This document shows positions 48,035 through 59,016 of a stretch of 64,000 nt of DNA, piece by piece. Numbering within the stretch: the first letter of the stretch is position 1; every line of letters begins with the position of its first letter. Made by a program: the position numbers and the translations under genes. The notes beneath the pieces were generated by a model. The model searched no databases. It saw only the letters and a list, made by a program, of their open reading frames with translations, and was not told the DNA's origin. This DNA comes from a virus. Its lineage: Duplodnaviria > Heunggongvirae > Uroviricota > Caudoviricetes. The stretch spans positions 11,944 to 75,943 of the IMG/VR virus record IMGVR_UViG_3300046359_000179. The stretch is one strand, 5' to 3'.

Positions 48035-51000
48035 TTATGCGCTAACAGCGAATGCATTGCTAGCTGCAGCCTTTGCTGCAAGCAATTCAGATTCTGCAGG
48101 GTTTCCAGTACTAAGTGTAAATCCCCATACAGCTGCAGCTACTCCGGCAAGTGTCAAATTGCCCCCGGAAGTGTTGAAAGTTCTAACCGCTTTGGCACGA
48201 ATGTCTACAGAGCCATTGACTTCATCATCGGGACTCGCTGTAACAATACCGTTTACCACGACTGCTGCATCAATACCCGCATTAGTATAGGCAGCTAATG
48301 CACGTCTAAGTCTCCATGAGCCCATTAGGAGCATATCACGCCCGTCAAATCTCATTGCTTCTGGATACAACATACCTATTGCACTTGCTTGCCAATCAGC
48401 AACTACGGTATAAACGTCTTCTGCAGCACAGAGTGAATTTCCGACATCAACCCGAAGTGCTGGTCCATCTAAGGTAATAAACCCAGATGATGCGCCTGAA
48501 CCTCTGCCATAAATTGCATCACCAAAACCGTCAACTACTTGCTGCTGCGCAATCGGGATAGTTGTTTCAATATTGTTTGAATAAGTCAAGTCGATCACTG
48601 CGTATCCTGGTTTACGAATGCGAACTGTGCAGTTAGCAAATGCGCTGTCATACACATATGACAAAGTTGCAGAAGTTCCAGAATTAAACAACGTGACCAA
48701 TGGTTCTTGTCCCGGTGTTGGTGTTTCACTAAACACTGCAACAGAAGAACCCGCGATTAAGCCAGTCAATGTAAGGGATGCTACATCAAGTGGGTATAAA
48801 GCTGCATTTTGTAATGCCAATGTGGTTGTACCGTCAATGCGAAGCGAATCAATTCTATTACCTACGTTTGCAATTGTGCAAGTAATTCGCATTTTTAGCC
48901 CTAAGCCAATAACAGGGTCAATACCGGTTTCTGCTGCTAAGTTTGCATTAGACATGGTTTTCCATGCGCCAAAACCAGTACCTTTATCTAATGCATAGTC
49001 ATAGCTGTGGTTTGCGGTATTTGCACCAGATGAAGCAAAAGAAGTAAGTCCAGTCCAACCAAGGATTTTCCAAGGCCAAGTCCATTCAATTTGATCCCCA
49101 ATGCTTTGAAAAACGCAGCGGCCAGCACCGTTAAATTTTGGGGTCCCGCTAGTAATTTGATAAGCATCAGGGTTCGCAGACGTTTTCTCTACTAATATGA
49201 GTGCAGCCCTAGTCGTAGTGTCGCCAGTAAACCCGTCCCACATGCAATTTCCATAAACTGCTGCGAAGCTGTTTGGTACACCTCCTGAGTTAAACCGGTT
49301 GCCATGGACTACGGATTCAAGCTGTTGCGGCCCAATTGTTTTTGAAGCATCTACTTGATAATTGTTGACAGATGTAAACCGTTTGGTCGTGTTAGTGCCA
49401 CCATGTAGACCTAGTCGCAACGCTGTAACCCAATTGCGCTGAATCTTGATGATGTCATTGTTGCCACCGTCATCCCAGATATATCCCATAACGTTTACAG
49501 TTCCGGCGCTAAATGGGGAACTAGGTGTTCCGCAATTTCTCAAGGTTGCTTTTTGCGTAGTGTTGCAAAACATGATTGCCAAATAAGGATGGCAATTTGC
49601 AACACCTGGCCAATTCTGAACATCAGTTATATCAACGACTTTACACTGCCCGACTGTTTCTATCGCTCTAGACTGAGAAGTAGTAGGAGTGGTACCAACG
49701 CAATTATCTGCGTAAACATGCTTAATTATTTTGCAATTATCTGCGGCCTGAATTAGAACCCGCTTGGTAAAGGTCCACAGCTCATTAACAGTTGTAGGCC
49801 CGTTAGTGTTCAAATAAATTGCGCCACTTAATGCGGTAGCAGCACCAACATGACCGCCTCGCAATTTATTAAATGTCCATCCACCATAACAGTTCACGAA
49901 AATAGCGGCGTAACCACTGGTTGCAGTTGATTGTGCCCGAAGCCAAGATATTGTTCCAACTGTGCCACCAGTATAACTCTGCTGAATAACTATTGAGTTG
50001 CCGTCATAGTTTGTGGTTGCTCCAGTTGATAGACCTATATGCAAATTATCAATGTCCATCGCTGTTGCAGCTTCACCAAGGACAATTTGATCGCAAGTAT
50101 GTAAGTCGCGAATATAAACAGAATAAGGCTGAACCACGTTCCAATACCAAGCGCCTGTAACTTTAGATACATTCATTAGCCCGCCGTTAGTGAAAGTCGA
50201 CTCGTAACGGTTGCCAATACTCCTAGAAGGCTCCACGTTCACTGATCGGTTTGCAGATGTGCAACTTTGTAAATTAATTGACGGGACACGAACGTTGCAA
50301 CCTGCCGGCGGAACATAGCCACAGACAGACAAATCTGAACCTGTACCAAAAAATGCAGTGCCCGAAGTGCTAATAAACACAAAGCTTGAACGGGTATCAG
50401 TTGAGCAGTTTGCAGAGGTATGACGTAAACCTGCGTTTGGGAAGAATTGATATTCCCCAGATCCTGGGGAAGTTTCTACATCTACGCCGGGATAATAAGT
50501 CGTACCGTCTGCCGTGAAGTGTGGTAACTGAATTGATTGACCAACGACTCCATTAGTTTGCCCAACATTAATCCAATCCCCGCGCATTTGCATCGTGCCA
50601 AGTCTCGGGTGGTTGTGAACTCCGATTTCTTGGCCGACGACTACAATCCAACCTTGAACTTCCGGGCTCACAGCACTAGCAGAAATACCAGTAAGTGCAC
50701 CGGTAGAAAATCCAGGAGAAGTGACTCGTAACTTCATAAATCCCGTTGCTGGCATTGCATCACCAGCAATATAAACTGCACCGCCCATTCGAGTCTGCAT
50801 GATACAGAGCAGAACTCCAGATGCTGTGCCCTGAGAAATTGTCGAACCATAAGCTGGGACTGTCCCAGTCGCGTTGTTGAATTCTACGATCTTAGTAAAT
50901 TCTGTTGTTATTGTGAAGTTTCCGCCGAGGGCGGAATCTACTGTCAAGTTGTTTATCGGGCCAGTTGAAGCGGTCGCATTCGGTGCATAGCGACTATCAC

Positions 51001-51103
51001 AGTCAATTGTGACTCCACCGCCTTGAATATTATAAGTGTCTCCACCGGTTTTACCGGTTAGCGCGGTGATTAGGGTTGGGGTAGTGATCGTAAAAGTTGC
51101 CAT
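48035..51103 (-). CDS. large structural protein (tailspike / beta-helix-like receptor-binding protein?)
   Basis: 1022 aa, Gly/Thr/Asn-rich; fold assignment speculative. Confidence 0.5.
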   Translation of the reverse strand: MATFTITTPTLITALTGKTGGDTYNIQGGGVTIDCDSRYAPNATASTGPINNLTVDSALGGNFTITTEFTKIVEFNNATGTVPAYGSTISQGTASGVLLCIMQTRMGGAVYIAGDAMPATGFMKLRVTSPGFSTGALTGISASAVSPEVQGWIVVVGQEIGVHNHPRLGTMQMRGDWINVGQTNGVVGQSIQLPHFTADGTTYYPGVDVETSPGSGEYQFFPNAGLRHTSANCSTDTRSSFVFISTSGTAFFGTGSDLSVCGYVPPAGCNVRVPSINLQSCTSANRSVNVEPSRSIGNRYESTFTNGGLMNVSKVTGAWYWNVVQPYSVYIRDLHTCDQIVLGEAATAMDIDNLHIGLSTGATTNYDGNSIVIQQSYTGGTVGTISWLRAQSTATSGYAAIFVNCYGGWTFNKLRGGHVGAATALSGAIYLNTNGPTTVNELWTFTKRVLIQAADNCKIIKHVYADNCVGTTPTTSQSRAIETVGQCKVVDITDVQNWPGVANCHPYLAIMFCNTTQKATLRNCGTPSSPFSAGTVNVMGYIWDDGGNNDIIKIQRNWVTALRLGLHGGTNTTKRFTSVNNYQVDASKTIGPQQLESVVHGNRFNSGGVPNSFAAVYGNCMWDGFTGDTTTRAALILVEKTSANPDAYQITSGTPKFNGAGRCVFQSIGDQIEWTWPWKILGWTGLTSFASSGANTANHSYDYALDKGTGFGAWKTMSNANLAAETGIDPVIGLGLKMRITCTIANVGNRIDSLRIDGTTTLALQNAALYPLDVASLTLTGLIAGSSVAVFSETPTPGQEPLVTLFNSGTSATLSYVYDSAFANCTVRIRKPGYAVIDLTYSNNIETTIPIAQQQVVDGFGDAIYGRGSGASSGFITLDGPALRVDVGNSLCAAEDVYTVVADWQASAIGMLYPEAMRFDGRDMLLMGSWRLRRALAAYTNAGIDAAVVVNGIVTASPDDEVNGSVDIRAKAVRTFNTSGGNLTLAGVAAAVWGFTLSTGNPAESELLAAKAAASNAFAVSA

Positions 51104-51107
51104 AGAG

Positions 51108-51716
51108 TTACCTCAGAAAAAACTGTCTGATTTCGGTGTTTTGTTTAAGCCGCTTTGCGTGTTCACCTTCAGCATGCCTATTCCATTTATAAGTCAGGTC
51201 TGGAAAATACTTCCAACCTACTGTTGCTGAAACCAATAACCGCATAACGTGGTCTACGCTATTAGGATGCCACCCATTCTTAACAATCAACTTTTCTGCT
51301 TGCAAAAACAATTCAACTGCAAATGCAGTTTGATAAACTATCGTTTGATGCGGGCGAATATAACCCCGTTTTTCAAGCATTAAATTCCACTCAGAGAATG
51401 CAGTAGAAATTTGAATGCTTTCTGATAAAGCTGTTTTAGTAATGCTATTAGTGAACACTGCATTACTATTTAGAGCAATCATGTCTTCGACGTTCTTACT
51501 GCTTAACAAAGTTTCATCATCGTCATCTACAAATGAAACAAATTCGGATTGACATTCTAAATACCCGACTCTTCGACCATTTAGAATAGACTTGCCAGTG
51601 TTGTCTATAATCTTATACGAATAACCAGCGCTTTCTGCGCGATCAATAACAGAAGTCGCACCAGACATGACATCTGGGCGACTTTGTAAAACGTGGATCT
51701 GTAATTTACTTACCAT
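51108..51716 (-). CDS. putative glycosyltransferase (DxD)
   Basis: FVSFVDDDDE motif; start uncertain. Confidence 0.3.
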   Translation of the reverse strand: MVSKLQIHVLQSRPDVMSGATSVIDRAESAGYSYKIIDNTGKSILNGRRVGYLECQSEFVSFVDDDDETLLSSKNVEDMIALNSNAVFTNSITKTALSESIQISTAFSEWNLMLEKRGYIRPHQTIVYQTAFAVELFLQAEKLIVKNGWHPNSVDHVMRLLVSATVGWKYFPDLTYKWNRHAEGEHAKRLKQNTEIRQFFLR

Positions 51717-51905
51717 TTTGCCTTTGGGCAAGGCCCTGAAACGCATTTAGTTTTAATGGGGCAATTGCAGAGTCCGCAAACCGGAATGACCAGTCCTAAC
51801 GCTTGCTTTTCTTTTCTGTGCTCGCATTGAGTACAAATAATCACCCGTGCTTTGTAAGCATCAGTGTTAGGCAAGTAGATAGGACCGATCATTATCGTTT
51901 ACCTA

Positions 51906-52736
51906 TCAATAGCCAGAACCAACCAAGCCAGCAGACAGACCGATGCTGTGCTTGGCTAGGAGGGCGGTACAATCGATGGCTTCGATACCGGCTTTGAATG
52001 ACTCGAGGCCATTCAGACGGTTACCATGGCCATTGTGACGCTCATTTTCACGAGTGTCCAAAGCGGCAACAGCGGTTTGCAGGGTAGCAACACCAGCAGC
52101 AGCGCCATTAGCGACAGTAAGAGCGGCGGCAGCGGCTGCCTCAGCAGCAGCGGCGGCTGCTACAGCAGCAGCAACTTGGCCGGACAGGGTAGCAACTTGG
52201 CCTTGCAGAGCGGTGATCTGAGCAGCTTGAGCAGCATCAGTACCGGTCAGGTTAGCAATCTGGCTTTCCAGAGCGCTGATGGAAGCAGCGATTGCAACGC
52301 AATCACAGCCGTCACCAGTACCATTTACGATGGTGGTAACTTGCTGGCTCAGTGTGTCATACTGGGCAGAAAGTGCATCTAGAGCAGCTTGCAGGGCTGC
52401 ATCGCCTTCTTGGCGAGCAGTAACTTCAGCAGCAAGAGCAACGTTAATGCTGTTTACTAGAACTTGAAGTTGGGCAACAACGGTGCTATTTTCCAGAGCA
52501 TCCAAGCGATTGCCAAGGGCAACCAACTGGGTGATGATGTTCTGGCCAGTTTGGAAACCTTCGGTTGAAGGATCGCTGTCCAGAAGACTTTGAATAGCAG
52601 CAACAGCTTGTTGCAGTGCGGTCAGGTCAATATTGGGCATGCCCAACAGGTTATTAATCTCGGTACGGATAGCTTCGCCAGTTTGCTGGCCAATACCTTC
52701 GATCAGACATTCAAGGGTTTGATTCAATGTAGTCAT
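51906..52736 (-). CDS. Ala/Gln/Leu-rich coiled-coil protein (fibritin / whisker-like?) in a GC-rich island
   Basis: Heptad-like ALQxxVAxL repeats; GC visibly above surroundings. Confidence 0.5.
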   Translation of the reverse strand: MTTLNQTLECLIEGIGQQTGEAIRTEINNLLGMPNIDLTALQQAVAAIQSLLDSDPSTEGFQTGQNIITQLVALGNRLDALENSTVVAQLQVLVNSINVALAAEVTARQEGDAALQAALDALSAQYDTLSQQVTTIVNGTGDGCDCVAIAASISALESQIANLTGTDAAQAAQITALQGQVATLSGQVAAAVAAAAAAEAAAAAALTVANGAAAGVATLQTAVAALDTRENERHNGHGNRLNGLESFKAGIEAIDCTALLAKHSIGLSAGLVGSGY

Positions 52737-52953
52737 GTTTCTTCTTTCTTAAAAAACTCCAACACTTAGGTAGTTGGATTCTCCCCATCATTACTGATAG
52801 TTGTTGTACAAACATTCCCGTCAAGGATGCTCTGTAATTGCTGGATTCTTGCCAAATGTGATTCAACTTCTTGTTTCACCAAACATCGAATTAAATTTCC
52901 CACTTGAGCACCAATGCCTTCAAAAGCACATTCAAGCTGTTCATTCAATGTAG

Positions 52954-53310
52954 TCAAAGCACAGTCTCCGTTATACTTGATAAAACGCCGCCAGAATAGG
53001 CGAACGTTTTGCGTGTTGTTAGACCATTACGAAGGAGATCAATCTGTGATAACTGATCCCCCGTGTATGATAAGACTTTTGTTGATCCGTCTTCATATGA
53101 AATGCCAGTTATTTTTCCACTCACATATGTGAAAACTGGCGACTTTAACGGATCATCACTGTTATTTAGTTTATGAGCAATAAGGCCACTTGAATCTGTA
53201 ATATACAGATCAAAGCCAGTACCACGCCGAACAGCATAAATGGTGTTAGCGATTAGAGTTGCAGGCAAAGCTGCAACTTCTTTCCTGGCGTAAAGGGCGA
53301 TATTGCTCAT
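52954..53310 (-). CDS. structural protein, paralog of ORF 53318..53884
   Basis: Shared N-terminus ALPATLIANTIYAV / SALPGTLVANAVYYV. Confidence 0.45.
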   Translation of the reverse strand: MSNIALYARKEVAALPATLIANTIYAVRRGTGFDLYITDSSGLIAHKLNNSDDPLKSPVFTYVSGKITGISYEDGSTKVLSYTGDQLSQIDLLRNGLTTRKTFAYSGGVLSSITETVL

Positions 53311-53317
53311 TAGTTAT

Positions 53318-53884
53318 TTACCAGGCAGCAGTTTCCCAGCGAGCAACAGGCAATGCGCCGTTGTACAGCATGTTGCCACCAGATTCAGTGATCAGGTCTA
53401 GAGCTGCTTTGTTTGCATGAGTATGACGCTTGGTAACAGCATCATCAATATCAGCAACGCTTGAGGTTGGCTTGTTTTGCAGTGAGGCCCAGTTCAAAAC
53501 TACATCCAGGGATTCAGCTTCAGAGGACTTAATCCAGGTTGTATTTGCTGGGTTGTACAGGTAGGTCGCGCCACCAGAGGCGACAGAAGTATCACCGGTT
53601 GCATTAATGACATATGCCCAGGTAGCAACAGATGGGGCCAGAGCATCACGAGCAGCAATATCAGCAACAATTGACAACTGATTTGATGCGCCTAATGCAG
53701 CAGCGATCATTGCTGACACATCGGTGGAGTTGATGATGTGCTTTGCAGCAACACCGGCATTGTCAACGACAAATACCTCTACCAATGATGGATTGCCTGC
53801 TACTGAGACATAATAGACTGCATTGGCAACTAGAGTGCCAGGAAGAGCAGAGACTTTAAATTGTTGGAGAACAGTTGTTGACAT
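53318..53884 (-). CDS. structural protein
   Basis: ORF; paralogous N-terminus as above. Confidence 0.45.
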   Translation of the reverse strand: MSTTVLQQFKVSALPGTLVANAVYYVSVAGNPSLVEVFVVDNAGVAAKHIINSTDVSAMIAAALGASNQLSIVADIAARDALAPSVATWAYVINATGDTSVASGGATYLYNPANTTWIKSSEAESLDVVLNWASLQNKPTSSVADIDDAVTKRHTHANKAALDLITESGGNMLYNGALPVARWETAAW

Positions 53885-54561
53885 TTTTTAGTTTCCTTTA
53901 AGGTTTAAGAAATTTACCATTCGGGCGAATCTGCCCAAGTTGTTGTTGCAAGTAATCCACCATCTTGGCCAATCTGTATTGAATTACCTGGATCTTGGCT
54001 TATGCTATTTGATGCTAGTTGTATCTGTGAACCATCTGGCTTTATTAGAACGCCATCTGATCTAACAGTTAGCGGCCCAAATGCTCCGGCAACCCGTTGC
54101 TGCGGGCTCAACTTGGCAAAACCATGTGCTATTAGCTGAGATAGGCTCAATCCGCTCATTGTTGCACCCATTTAGATTCTGATATCAGATTCCCCTGAAA
54201 ATAAGTATAAGTCTTTTTCCAACTGGAAACTCCATCAGAAGCAGTATCAGATATTAATAGCCCGTCGAGATATTCATAGGTATGACTACATTGATCGGAG
54301 ACGAATTGTGCGTTTGTGGTCACAGGCACGGGATCATCCGAGAGCTGATCATCTGTTAAGCCTGGGAACCAGACAGTTGATGGTATTGGTGCGTCCATTG
54401 CAAATAATCTCCTATGATACTCTTATTTATAGTGGTTTAGCCCATCATCAATTAAACTGTATGCTAGGACAGATGGCGCAAATTCGGTTTATTTATTGCT
54501 TGACCAAAAAACATAAAACAAAAGGCACCTTAGGTGCCTTTTTAGTGAAGAGCTAAACCAG

Positions 54562-54807
54562 TTATCGTAATGACTCTTTTAGCTCGGTAAACCCGCCAAT
54601 TAAGATACCATCTTTAAAGATCTGTGGAACTGATTTTGCATTTGGGACCAGTTCCTTAAGTTGACTGACCTGAACATAAGTTTTAGTTGGGTCTTTATCC
54701 TGTCCTACATCAATTATAAGTTCTTCGAACTGTAGGTTATTTGCCCCGAGTAGCAGTTTAGCTTGGTCACAATAAGTGCAATTAGGTTTTGAATAGATTT
54801 GATACAA
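54562..54807 (-). CDS. nrdC: glutaredoxin (NrdC/NrdH-like)
   Basis: CTYC active site; 81 aa; adjacent to nrdB. Confidence 0.65.
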   Translation of the reverse strand: MYQIYSKPNCTYCDQAKLLLGANNLQFEELIIDVGQDKDPTKTYVQVSQLKELVPNAKSVPQIFKDGILIGGFTELKESLR

Positions 54808-54987
54808 ATGGTTCTCCTTAAGTGTTAAGAATAAATTTCAGCGTTCCGCAATCTCAATTTTATCATATCCGCGTGCCAACATAATCTGTGTTTCTGTAAG
54901 TTTGGAAACATCAAAAGTTTATGGCGCTGAAATTACATTCAACGGTAGAGCTTCAAAGATTCGAAGCATTCTTTCGCTCTTGCCGAT

Positions 54988-56073
54988 TTAGATGCTTGGA
55001 AGAGATTCATAATCGATTTTGTTGCTCATCGATGAAAGTACGTAGCTTGTACTTTCATTTTCTTGTAAAGCCGTTTGAATTTTATTTGTATTCAAATGCT
55101 TGCTCATCCAGGGAAGAGGAGCGCTTTTAATGCCCGCATCATACTTGACGCCAACGGCTTTAAAACGTTCCTGAGCAGTGTAGTCAACTTGGCTGCACAT
55201 AATCTTTTCATTCATCCCGAGAACTGTGCCTTTTTGAAACTGATAATGCGCCCAAGCTTTTTCTTCAGCAACAACGCTCTCGAGCATGTCCTTTGCCTCT
55301 TTAGCACATTCAGACGCAATTTCCTTGAAGCGATAGTCGTCTTTCACGTTTTGATTGATCATCCAAGCTGTCGCATCTGTATGCAGCAACTCATCGGCCA
55401 AAATCAAACTAATAATATTACCATTGCCGACGAAGATTCGATTTTCTACCATACCTAATGAGGTACAGAAAGACACCATGAAACGAATCGCCTCCAGCCC
55501 GTAGGAAGCAATCAGCGCCATATAGACAGCTTTTACCATTTTAGCTTCGCTGACTTCAACACCTGTTTGAACCAAACTGTTTAAGTGGTGAAGATCGGTA
55601 TAGTATTTGTCAATGCCACTTAACATGTTCACGATTTCTGATGTATCATGAATCTGATTAAATTGGTCACTTGGCATCTGATAGATGTTACGAATGATAT
55701 GTGAATACGACTCGCTGTGAATCTGTTCAAATGCTGACCACCATTGCACCCAAGCTTCTGCTTCGGGGACAGAACAAACTGGAGTAAAAATCTGAACTGG
55801 TGCTCGACCCTGAATCGAATCCAGCGCAGTTTGCCGAAGCAAATTTGACGTAAAAATAAACTTGGTTGCATCATTTGCTTTTGAGAAATCAATCTTATCT
55901 TTAGTCAAAGAAACTTCATCGGGAATCCAAAAATTGCCCCGCTGCGTTTTAGTAAACTGCGCAAGTTTCGGATATGCATAATCATCATAGCGTTGAATAG
56001 TTACTGACCCCGCCGGATCTAGAAACATTTTTCGCTGGCCGTAATTTGTCGATTTTGAAAAGTCTAATGTCAT
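54988..56073 (-). CDS. nrdB: ribonucleotide reductase small subunit
   Basis: 361 aa with ferritin-like di-iron E/H ligand pattern; adjacent to nrdA. Confidence 0.85.
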   Translation of the reverse strand: MTLDFSKSTNYGQRKMFLDPAGSVTIQRYDDYAYPKLAQFTKTQRGNFWIPDEVSLTKDKIDFSKANDATKFIFTSNLLRQTALDSIQGRAPVQIFTPVCSVPEAEAWVQWWSAFEQIHSESYSHIIRNIYQMPSDQFNQIHDTSEIVNMLSGIDKYYTDLHHLNSLVQTGVEVSEAKMVKAVYMALIASYGLEAIRFMVSFCTSLGMVENRIFVGNGNIISLILADELLHTDATAWMINQNVKDDYRFKEIASECAKEAKDMLESVVAEEKAWAHYQFQKGTVLGMNEKIMCSQVDYTAQERFKAVGVKYDAGIKSAPLPWMSKHLNTNKIQTALQENESTSYVLSSMSNKIDYESLPSI

Positions 56074-56191
56074 CTGTAAGGTCCTTAAAATGTTAATCTA
56101 AAGTCGACACGAACGAGTCGACTCGTTTAAACTGATACGCTTCATGAAGACCGAAGCCCCCATGAAGCGTCATAGTGGTAACCGGCTTATT

Positions 56192-58939
56192 TCACAATAC
56201 GCAAGACTCGCAATATTGTTCACCATCATCTTCTTGAACAGGCAAACTTTTTACTTCATCTTTTACTGATTCCATGGCCGCCTGTTTTTCAATAATGGCG
56301 TAATAGAGAGATTTTCCTCCCCATTTATGAAATAGCATGTGTGCTTTAATAACGTCATTGATGTCAATTTTCCCGTTCGGATAATTCCTTGGGGTAAACG
56401 GCATATCTGTAGAAATTCCTTGATCTATATAAACCTGCAATACTGCAGACGTTTTGAGATAGCCCAGGCAATCTTTCTGCGCCCATAATAGCTGATAATG
56501 ATTCTTCAGCCGCTTGTATTCTGGGACCACTTGGATGATGTCACCGCCTTTTGAACGTTTTGTGACAATCATCTCTTTAACCAAATTGATGCCGTTGGTC
56601 GAATTGATACAGACGCTAGAACTTTCAACAGGAGCAATTGCACCAGTGGTTGCATTGCGAACGCCGTAAGTCTTCATTTTTTCGCGAAGACCTTCCCAAT
56701 CTAAGTCTTCTGAGGGAGTAAAATCTGCCAATTCATTTACACCTTCAGCTCTTCGCTCCCATGGGAAAACACCTCTCCCATACCAAGTATTATCTGATTC
56801 CAAACATTTGCCTTTTTCTTTGGCAAGGTCCACATTCATTTCCGTCAGATAGAAAGCTTGGTGTTCCATCCATCGCTTAACTTCTGACAAAGCTTCAGGA
56901 TCGCCATATTTAAGTTTTCGTTTTGCATGCCAATAAGCGAGATTGGTGACGCCAACGCCAAGCGGCTCAAACTCTTTATTATGCATGAACGAATGAATAG
57001 ACAGAAAGTCTTGGTATTGAAGAATGTTATGTAGGAACCTATGAAGTAGACGCAGGGGCCTGCGCATATCTTCTGGGTGGCGGAATGTTCCCCAGTTGTT
57101 TGAGCCCAAGGTGCATAACGCAATTCTCCCATCTGGGTCATCTATGGTTTGAAAAGATTTAGTACTCAACATCACTTCACAACAAAGATTGGTTTGATAA
57201 ATGGGATGTACATTCGTATCAAATGGGCCTTGATTAGAAACGTTATCGATGTTTAAAATATAGATGCGACCTGTTTCCATACGCTCAGCGATTAACCATT
57301 CTTTAAACACCACTTCAGCAGACTCTACTTTTTTGGAAATATCTTTGCGCTGTTCGTATTCTTCATACATTTTTTCAAATTTTGCAGAGTCGGCATAAAA
57401 AGCTTCATACAGATCTGGCACTTGATTTGGATCAAAGAACGTGATATTCTTTTGCTCTTTAAACCTGCGCCAAAAGAATGAATTCAATACTACGCAGTAA
57501 TCCAGCTGGCGAATGCGGTTTTCTTCGGTGCCTTTATTATTTTTTAGCACGATGTAATCGTCAAATTGATAATGCCAAATTGGCATGTTTATTGTTGCTG
57601 ACGCGTTTCTGATGCCACCTTGGGAATTATGAGTTAAAACCATTGGTCCGTCATTGCTAGCAGAAGCAAAGAAAGTATGCGTATCTTCTACCGTAATGTC
57701 GATATAATTTTCGGGGTTATCCTGTCCAACATCAATTGTCAACAACCTGGTAAACCCATCTTCAGTTAGAATACGATCACTTTCAGTAAGTTGTTCTGGC
57801 AACCGCTGTTCTATTTTGCCGTTATTCCAAATCATGATCGGGTGATTGGTTGAACAGTTGATAATGGAACCATTTTCAAAAGTTAACTGTATCTGACTTT
57901 GTTTTGCTACTTGCGTATCGAACTTATCACTAACTGTCTTATAAACAATTTGCTTATTTGAATCAAGGGTTTTAATCTTCATTCCGATTTGAAGGTCTTT
58001 AATTTGAATGCGCCCGCTATCAACTTCGACCCACGTATCTGGGGTGACACAACAAGACCGCAAATCGCCATACCATTTCTTAAGGAATGGCAAAATGCCA
58101 GTATGCATTACTTCGCCGCCTCTAATAGAAGACCCAAGTGGACGCATACGTCCAATTTCTAAACCGATACCAGCGCGCTTTGAGGCGTAGTCTGCCATAA
58201 TTTGTCCGGTTGCAAAAATAGATTTCAGCGTATCATCAGTTCGCAAAAGAACGCAAGAACTAAATTGTTTAGTCTTTGTCCCAAGCCCAGCAAGCACTGG
58301 AGTCGCAAGTGTAAAAATTCCATCTGAAGCTGCGTGATAGAAATCCTTTACCCATTTCAAACGATCTTTTTCTTCTGAATGGAATGCAGTTGCTGCAGCA
58401 ATCATGTAGCGAATTTGTGGAGATTCGACAATATTTCCAGTAGCACGATTGCGAACTAGATACTTATCTACGAGTTGCTCAACTGCAGCGTAGGTCATTA
58501 GTTCGTCTTTACCATGATCTAACTGCTTATTAAGATAATCCCAATCTTCGGAGCTATACCACTTCATTAAATCAGGTGTATATAGGCCAAGTTCAATATT
58601 CTTTTTGACGGTTTCAAAAAGGTGCGGGGGATTATAATCCCCGTAAACATCCTTTCGAAGCATGCTGACACGTTGTTTACCAGCAACATATTGGTAATTA
58701 ACATTGCCAAGCGGATTTGACTCTTCATCAATTAAGCCGACCATAGCGCGAAGAGCAATTTGATCGAGTTCAACTGTAGTCATACCACTATAAAAATGCG
58801 GGCTAGAAGCTATTTCAATCATTGACGGCGAAACGTCTGCTACTCCCTCACATACTTTAGCAATTTGCGCTTGCCATTTCTGTAGTTGAAACGGTTCTTT
58901 TTTCCCGTTGCGCTTAGTGACATAAATTTCTTTTGACAT
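56192..58939 (-). CDS. nrdA: ribonucleotide reductase large subunit containing a mini-intein
   Basis: Matches E. coli NrdA blocks, e.g. KSC|SQGG(V/I)R..PMWH; 915 aa versus ~770 expected. Confidence 0.85.
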   Translation of the reverse strand: MSKEIYVTKRNGKKEPFQLQKWQAQIAKVCEGVADVSPSMIEIASSPHFYSGMTTVELDQIALRAMVGLIDEESNPLGNVNYQYVAGKQRVSMLRKDVYGDYNPPHLFETVKKNIELGLYTPDLMKWYSSEDWDYLNKQLDHGKDELMTYAAVEQLVDKYLVRNRATGNIVESPQIRYMIAAATAFHSEEKDRLKWVKDFYHAASDGIFTLATPVLAGLGTKTKQFSSCVLLRTDDTLKSIFATGQIMADYASKRAGIGLEIGRMRPLGSSIRGGEVMHTGILPFLKKWYGDLRSCCVTPDTWVEVDSGRIQIKDLQIGMKIKTLDSNKQIVYKTVSDKFDTQVAKQSQIQLTFENGSIINCSTNHPIMIWNNGKIEQRLPEQLTESDRILTEDGFTRLLTIDVGQDNPENYIDITVEDTHTFFASASNDGPMVLTHNSQGGIRNASATINMPIWHYQFDDYIVLKNNKGTEENRIRQLDYCVVLNSFFWRRFKEQKNITFFDPNQVPDLYEAFYADSAKFEKMYEEYEQRKDISKKVESAEVVFKEWLIAERMETGRIYILNIDNVSNQGPFDTNVHPIYQTNLCCEVMLSTKSFQTIDDPDGRIALCTLGSNNWGTFRHPEDMRRPLRLLHRFLHNILQYQDFLSIHSFMHNKEFEPLGVGVTNLAYWHAKRKLKYGDPEALSEVKRWMEHQAFYLTEMNVDLAKEKGKCLESDNTWYGRGVFPWERRAEGVNELADFTPSEDLDWEGLREKMKTYGVRNATTGAIAPVESSSVCINSTNGINLVKEMIVTKRSKGGDIIQVVPEYKRLKNHYQLLWAQKDCLGYLKTSAVLQVYIDQGISTDMPFTPRNYPNGKIDINDVIKAHMLFHKWGGKSLYYAIIEKQAAMESVKDEVKSLPVQEDDGEQYCESCVL
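57626..58051 (-). other. mini-intein (142 aa, no endonuclease domain) inserted after the conserved active-site Cys of NrdA
   Basis: Starts CVTPDTWVEV (block A), ends FFASASNDGPMVLTHN followed by S; extein joins ..DLRSC|SQGGIRN. Confidence 0.7.
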
Positions 58940-59016
58940 TTACGGTTTTTCTCCAAAGATGAATCGGGCCATGGCCGAAGGTTTCGGCCAGTTTTATTTT
59001 AAATTGTGGGTTGGTT

